Positions 58,993 to 64,000 of a stretch of DNA of 64,000 nucleotides are shown here, in pieces. How positions within the stretch are numbered: position 1 is the stretch's first letter; every line of letters starts with the position of its first letter. The stretch is from Lytechinus pictus (Eukaryota). The notes under the pieces were generated by a model. The model saw nothing but the letters and a program-made list of their open reading frames with translations. It had not been told where the DNA came from and did not search any database. The translations under genes and the position numbers were made by a program. Where the stretch lies: assembly GCF_037042905.1 (NCBI RefSeq), contig NC_087250.1, forward strand, positions 20,524,001 through 20,588,000. Direction: 5' to 3'.

Positions 58993-59950
58993 AACAAGTG
59001 GAATGCCTCTGGCCGTCTCACCTGCATCACGCGATTCAATATAGCAGCAGTGCTGATTTTGAAAACTACTATAACTCGCACAAGATGTTCAGTGATACTT
59101 GGTTACTCTTATTTCCACGCTTTATGAACTAGACCAATACACTTATAGAGATATGATGGCAATTCAACAAATACCCCCAACGTGGCCAAAGTTCTTTGAC
59201 CTTACATGACCTTTGACCTTGATCATGTGACCTGAAACTCGCACAGGATGTTCAGTGATACTTGATTACTATTATGTCCAAGTTTTATGAACTAGACTAA
59301 CACACTTTCAAATTATGGCTGTAATTCAACAAATACCCCAATTTGGCCAAAGTTCATTGACCCTAAATGACCTTTGACCTTGATCATGTGACCTGAAACT
59401 TGCACAGGATGTTCAGTAATACTTGATTACTATTATGTCCAAGTTTCATGAATCAGATCCATAAACTTTCAAAGTTATGATGGTAATTCAACAGATACCC
59501 CCAATTCGGCCAAAGTTCATTGACCATAAATGACCTTTGACCTTGGTCATGTGACGTGAAACTCATGCAGGATGTTCAGTGATACTTGATTAACCTTATG
59601 TATAAGTTTCATGAACTAGGTCCATATATTTTCTAAGTTATGATGACATTTCAAAAACTTAACCTTAGGTTAAGATTTTGATGTTGATTCCCCCAACATG
59701 GTCTAAGTTCATTGACCCTAAATGACCTTTGACCTTGGTCATGTGACATGAAACTCAGGCAGGATGTTCAGTAATACTTGATTAACCTTATGGCCAAGTT
59801 TCATGAACTAGGTCCATATACTTTCTAAGTTATGCTGTCATTTCAAAAACTTAACCTCAGGTTAAGATTTGGTGTTGACGCCGCCGTCGCCGTCGCCGTC
59901 GGAAAAGCGGCGCCTATAGTCTCACTCTGCTATGCAGGTGAGACAAAAAA
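58993..59950 (-). mobile_element. Non-autonomous Helentron-like element (HINE/DINE-1/pearl architecture) with internal tandem array
   Basis: 13-bp subterminal inverted repeats GTCTCACCTGCAT (59015-59027) and ATGCAGGTGAGAC (59932-59944), an adjacent short IR and (GCC/GTC) microsatellite, about 5 units of 161-192 nt, A-run ends, no TSD. Confidence 0.7.
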
Positions 59951-61216
59951 TGAGAATAATACTAGTTTCATGCAAAATACTGATTTCAAAAGTTTCATGT
60001 GTTGTCCTATGGTATTTCTTTGAAAATGCTGATTTCCTCACCATAATAGGCTATTTATTTTCAGCTTTTAAAAGGATGCTCCGGGCTGAAAATAATATGA
60101 TTAAAACAGATAGAGAAAAATCAGATAATCAAAACACTGAAAATTTGATCAAAATCGGACAAGGAATAACAAAGTTATGGCATTTTAAATATTTGCATTA
60201 TTCCGGTGAAGCAGTTCTATGCATGTCATCATGAATATTCAATCAGCAAATTGATGATGTCAAATCCCCACTTGCTATTTGTATTTTATTATATGAAATT
60301 AGGTTTATTCAATATTTTTCTACCAAAAGCTTAAAAATTGAATTAACTGATTTAGTGCATTAGATATTCATTGCTGCAACTTAGGTTTTCCATGTCTTAA
60401 CATCACCATAAAAAATTTAACATTTTTTAAATTCCAAAATCGGATCGCTGATCAATCGAAAAGCTGCCAGTGGCCTGTAGTTTGCACTATAACTATAAAC
60501 AATGTCAACAATAAATTACGTACTCCTTCCCTATGACCATATATCGCCTAAAAAACTTCTTTGAAATAAAACTATAATGTGATAGAATATTGGTAGTATT
60601 AAGGAGGACTTAAATAACTGTTAAACAGTTTTTTTTATAAAAGAATAACACATACTTGTGAAGGTTTGAGAGAATTCCATCAAAGATTAAGAAAGTTAAG
60701 ATTTTGATTTATGACATCATGTTATATGCGAGATGCTGCCCCATATGTTACCCAATATAAGATGCATATATTTCAACTTTGTAGTGTTTAAAAATGATCA
60801 AAATTAATTTTGTTTCCAGAGCAAGTGTAAAATGATTATCTGTTGATATACTAAGATTGAAAAAAAGAAAAAAATATCAAGTTCTTTTAGGAAATGACAT
60901 TTCATTGATATATTTTGATACACGACATATGGGGGAAGCTGCTCGCATATGACGTCACAAATAAAAACTTGAAATTCCAATTTTTAAATCTATGTTGGAT
61001 TTCCCTCAAACCTTCACCAATACTGTCATTTTTCTGTTATTTTGACAAATATCAATAGACATTTCGACAGGGAGCGATATTCCTCTTTAATATATTAGAA
61101 GGTACCTTTTATAATGGAATGCATACTTGTCACTAAGGATAATCAATAGATGTACAGAATGATTTAATTTATGACAATAATATGATGATATTTAAATAAA
61201 ACTGCATTACCCTCAA

Positions 61217-61720
61217 AGGCCAAGTCCACCCCAAGTCAAAACTATCGGATGTATAATAATAAAGTCATGACATTTTTAAGCTTCGCTTAATTTCACCTAA
61301 CAGTTCACACCCTGATCGGTATGCAAATGAGGAGACTGATGATGTCATCCACTCACTATCTTTTTGTATTTTATTATTAGAAATATGAAATATTCTAATT
61401 TTCTTCTCATTGCTAAGTGAAACAACGATCAATTTGTCCCTGAAAATGTGGACTTAGTATTGTTTAATGATATATGGTTCAGTCAAGTTGGTTATTGTCA
61501 AATCTGTAAAAAAGAATATTATATATTTCAAACAATAAAAAGATCATTATCTGTCTCAAGTGCATATTACCGTTTCCAAAAAATAAGCGAAACCTTAAAA
61601 TGTCATAACTTTTTTATTTTACATCCGATTTTGATGGAGTTTTCAGCGTAACGGTTATGCTAGTTTGATTTTTCTCTATTTATTCAAATCCACATTTTTC
61701 TGGGGTAGACTTGACTTTTA
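61217..61720. mobile_element. Degenerate TTAA-type MITE
   Basis: AGGCCAAGTCCACCCC ... GGGGTAGACTTGACTT termini; interior resembles the other TTAA elements. Confidence 0.55.
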
Positions 61721-62573
61721 AGGAAAAAGCATTGTATGTACGATACTAACGGTTAACCAATATTATTGTGAAGCATTTGTCCGTATTTAACGGTATTAAA
61801 AGATCCAGTCCCAAGTCGAGGGTTGCGGAGTGGGAGGGATGGACGGCAAATCAGAATCTAGACTACAAATTAAACATTCTCACATGGAGCAACAGTGCTG
61901 TTTTGACGGTTTGCGGGTGATACTGATATATTGTATTTTTATTCTTAGTTGTAAAACAGCCGGATTGGACGGATAATAAAGAAAATTTCGTTCCACTCCT
62001 TTAACTGAAAAAAATACAATAACTGCGATATATATAAATATATATATTTGCAAAAAAGTAAATAAGTAGATTATTGCGTAGAAGTGTCCACCTAAATTGG
62101 TGTTCAAATTATGAGTAGTTATACTCGATCTACAAATCTTTACACCAGAATACCAGAAGACAATCAAACAGGATTACGTATAGCGCCCTCTGTCCCCCAT
62201 TTGTCCCCGCCCTCCCCTCTAATTCCATCCGCTGGTCCGCTCTGATCAGTGACACGACAAATGCTCCCGCAACATTTGCTCTGGTCTTAATATCTATATT
62301 ATAGTACATGGTACATGGTGATTTTTAACCTGATTGCTAAGAATGCATGAATGATTGTAAGCAAGCAACCAACGGCTTAAGGTCCTCTCAGAGGGCATAG
62401 GGTTGGAGTTAGGACTGTAATAGAGTTTTTGGTTCAGAATACATGTGATTAGTGTTTACTTGGTTTTTGATGGTAAGGCTTTGTTTTTGTTTTTCATATT
62501 AAGCGTGCAGATTTTCCATCGGAGCAATAGTCGCCGGAGCAAATGTCATGGAACCCTCTGATCCTGTTTATTT

Positions 62574-62711
62574 CTAAAGAGCGAATGAGATGGAGTCTTC
62601 ATAAAGAGCAATGATCAGGATGATTCCAATGCCCAATAAGAAGCCTATATTCTGCAAGATTGCCACGGTGCCCTTGTTGCTCTTTCCTTCGTAGTTTAGT
62701 AATATAGGAAG
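62574..62711 (-). CDS. Terminal coding exon of a LIV-1 subfamily SLC39/ZIP metal transporter (ZIP4/ZIP12-like); rest of gene beyond window
   Basis: Minus-strand acceptor cttttcag followed by LPILLNYEGKSNKGTVAILQNIGFLLGIGIILIIALYEDSISFAL*, matching the last TM helix pattern LQNxGxxxGxxxxxxxAxYE of LIV-1 ZIPs. Confidence 0.8.
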   Translation of the reverse strand, partial: LPILLNYEGKSNKGTVAILQNIGFLLGIGIILIIALYEDSISFAL

Positions 62712-63118
62712 CTGAAAAGATAAGACAAATAAAAAAAAAAATCAATTTGAATTTCGAATACTCTTATTTCTTCCGTTTATTAAGGAATAGGTCACTTTTT
62801 TTCCAAACACAGTTAAATAGAAATAAACAAGATGTCTACAGTGCGTCACATAGGACCTAAACAACGAAACTGAGATTTATCATATTTCAATAAAAAATAA
62901 AATAGAAAAAATGACCTTTCATTGTGAAGCTTAGAGTCTCCTATACTGAGTATTTTATCTGGCATAACTTAAATCATTCCTCATTCGCGCATGAGTGAGC
63001 AAAATGAAATTGATGATATCAAAAAGTCGTTGGTTACTACTAAGAGAGTTTGGATAAATTTTCCAAATATTCAAACAACAATGTTCAGCTTTTAAGCTAT
63101 AAATACGCTTCTGTTTAA

Positions 63119-63712
63119 AGGAGAAGTTCACCCTGAAAAAAAGTTTGTTGTAAAAATAGAAGAAAAAATATTGGCGAAGGTGTGGTGAAAATCCATTAAA
63201 GGTTTAGAAAGTCATTAAAATTTTAAGATTGGATTTGTGATGTCATAAACGAGCAGTTGCCCCATTTATGCAGCCTAATATGCAATGCAAAAAATCATTT
63301 TTTTTAATGGTTCGTGATGACTTGTTTTTTTTTAGGAACGGATGAGATATGATTTGTCTATCGATATACTGACTTCTGAAGGTACAGTAAAAACCATGTG
63401 TAATTTTCTGAGAAAATAACATTTCATTGATTTTTTAGGTAGAAAAGCTGCTCGCATGTGACGTCACAATATGGACGTTTTTAATGCGTCGGTATCCATC
63501 ATAAAAAAGATGCTCATGGTGCAGTAAAGAAAGAAGAATAAGAAAAGGACACTTAAAAAGTTAAAAAGGGGAAGAATTATAATTACTCAAACTTAATTAA
63601 GTAAGATTCTAATAACTTTTTAATTCTTTGATTTTTCTCAAACCTTCGGCAATATTTTTATTATTTTTTCTGCTAATTTTACAATTAACTTCTGTCAGGA
63701 TGAACTTCCCCT
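63119..63712. mobile_element. TTAA-TSD MITE (Kolobok-like)
   Basis: TIR AGGAGAAGTTCACCCTGA / TCAGGATGAACTTCCCCT; TTAA on both sides. Confidence 0.8.
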
Positions 63713-64000
63713 TTAATTGTTTTTACATATTTTGGTTTATTAAAAAAATAATACCCGATCAGTCTACGTAGAACACTAGGTTGCATGATGCATTTCGTTT
63801 ACTTTTAATATGTCTGCATTTTTTCAGGGGAGGGGGGGTTACTTTTATTTTCTTTTAACCAATTTTCTGAAACATAAGCAAAGTAGGACTGGTAAAGTGA
63901 CAGATTATTCATTGTAAAAATTCTGTTCAACCAATCAGAGGCAAGGATTTCAGTAGCTTATAACAGTTGATGCTTACCATGTCAACGAGTCCAACGTAGA

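Noticed and set aside
59084..59850. Possible CRISPR-like array
   Set aside because: Whole units are homologous with no unique spacers, no cas genes, eukaryotic context; it is a TE-internal tandem repeat.

Overview
Eukaryotic, AT-rich, intron- and repeat-rich animal DNA. The repeat landscape suggests a marine invertebrate deuterostome such as a sea urchin (inference only). Five spliced protein-coding genes can be reconstructed with GT-AG boundaries and consistent phases: the 3' 11 exons of SF3A1 (+), a complete ISOC2 (-), a complete H6PD (+, head-to-head with ISOC2), a complete ZXD/ZXDC-like 10-finger C2H2 gene (+), and the last exon of a LIV-1-type SLC39/ZIP transporter (-). Introns hold many short non-autonomous DNA transposons (CWG-, TTAA- and 6-bp-TSD types), tRNA-derived SINEs, two 5'-truncated L1/Tx1-type LINE fragments, a Helentron-like element with an internal tandem array, and microsatellites. 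I found no convincing new protein-coding system. The most unusual signal is recurrent duplication of splice junctions. Four exons have an out-of-frame upstream echo of exon sequence (three retain an AG), including a predicted NMD-triggering one in the splicing factor SF3A1. Two 5' splice donors are duplicated as transposon target-site duplications. All coordinates were read by eye and family names were not database-checked.
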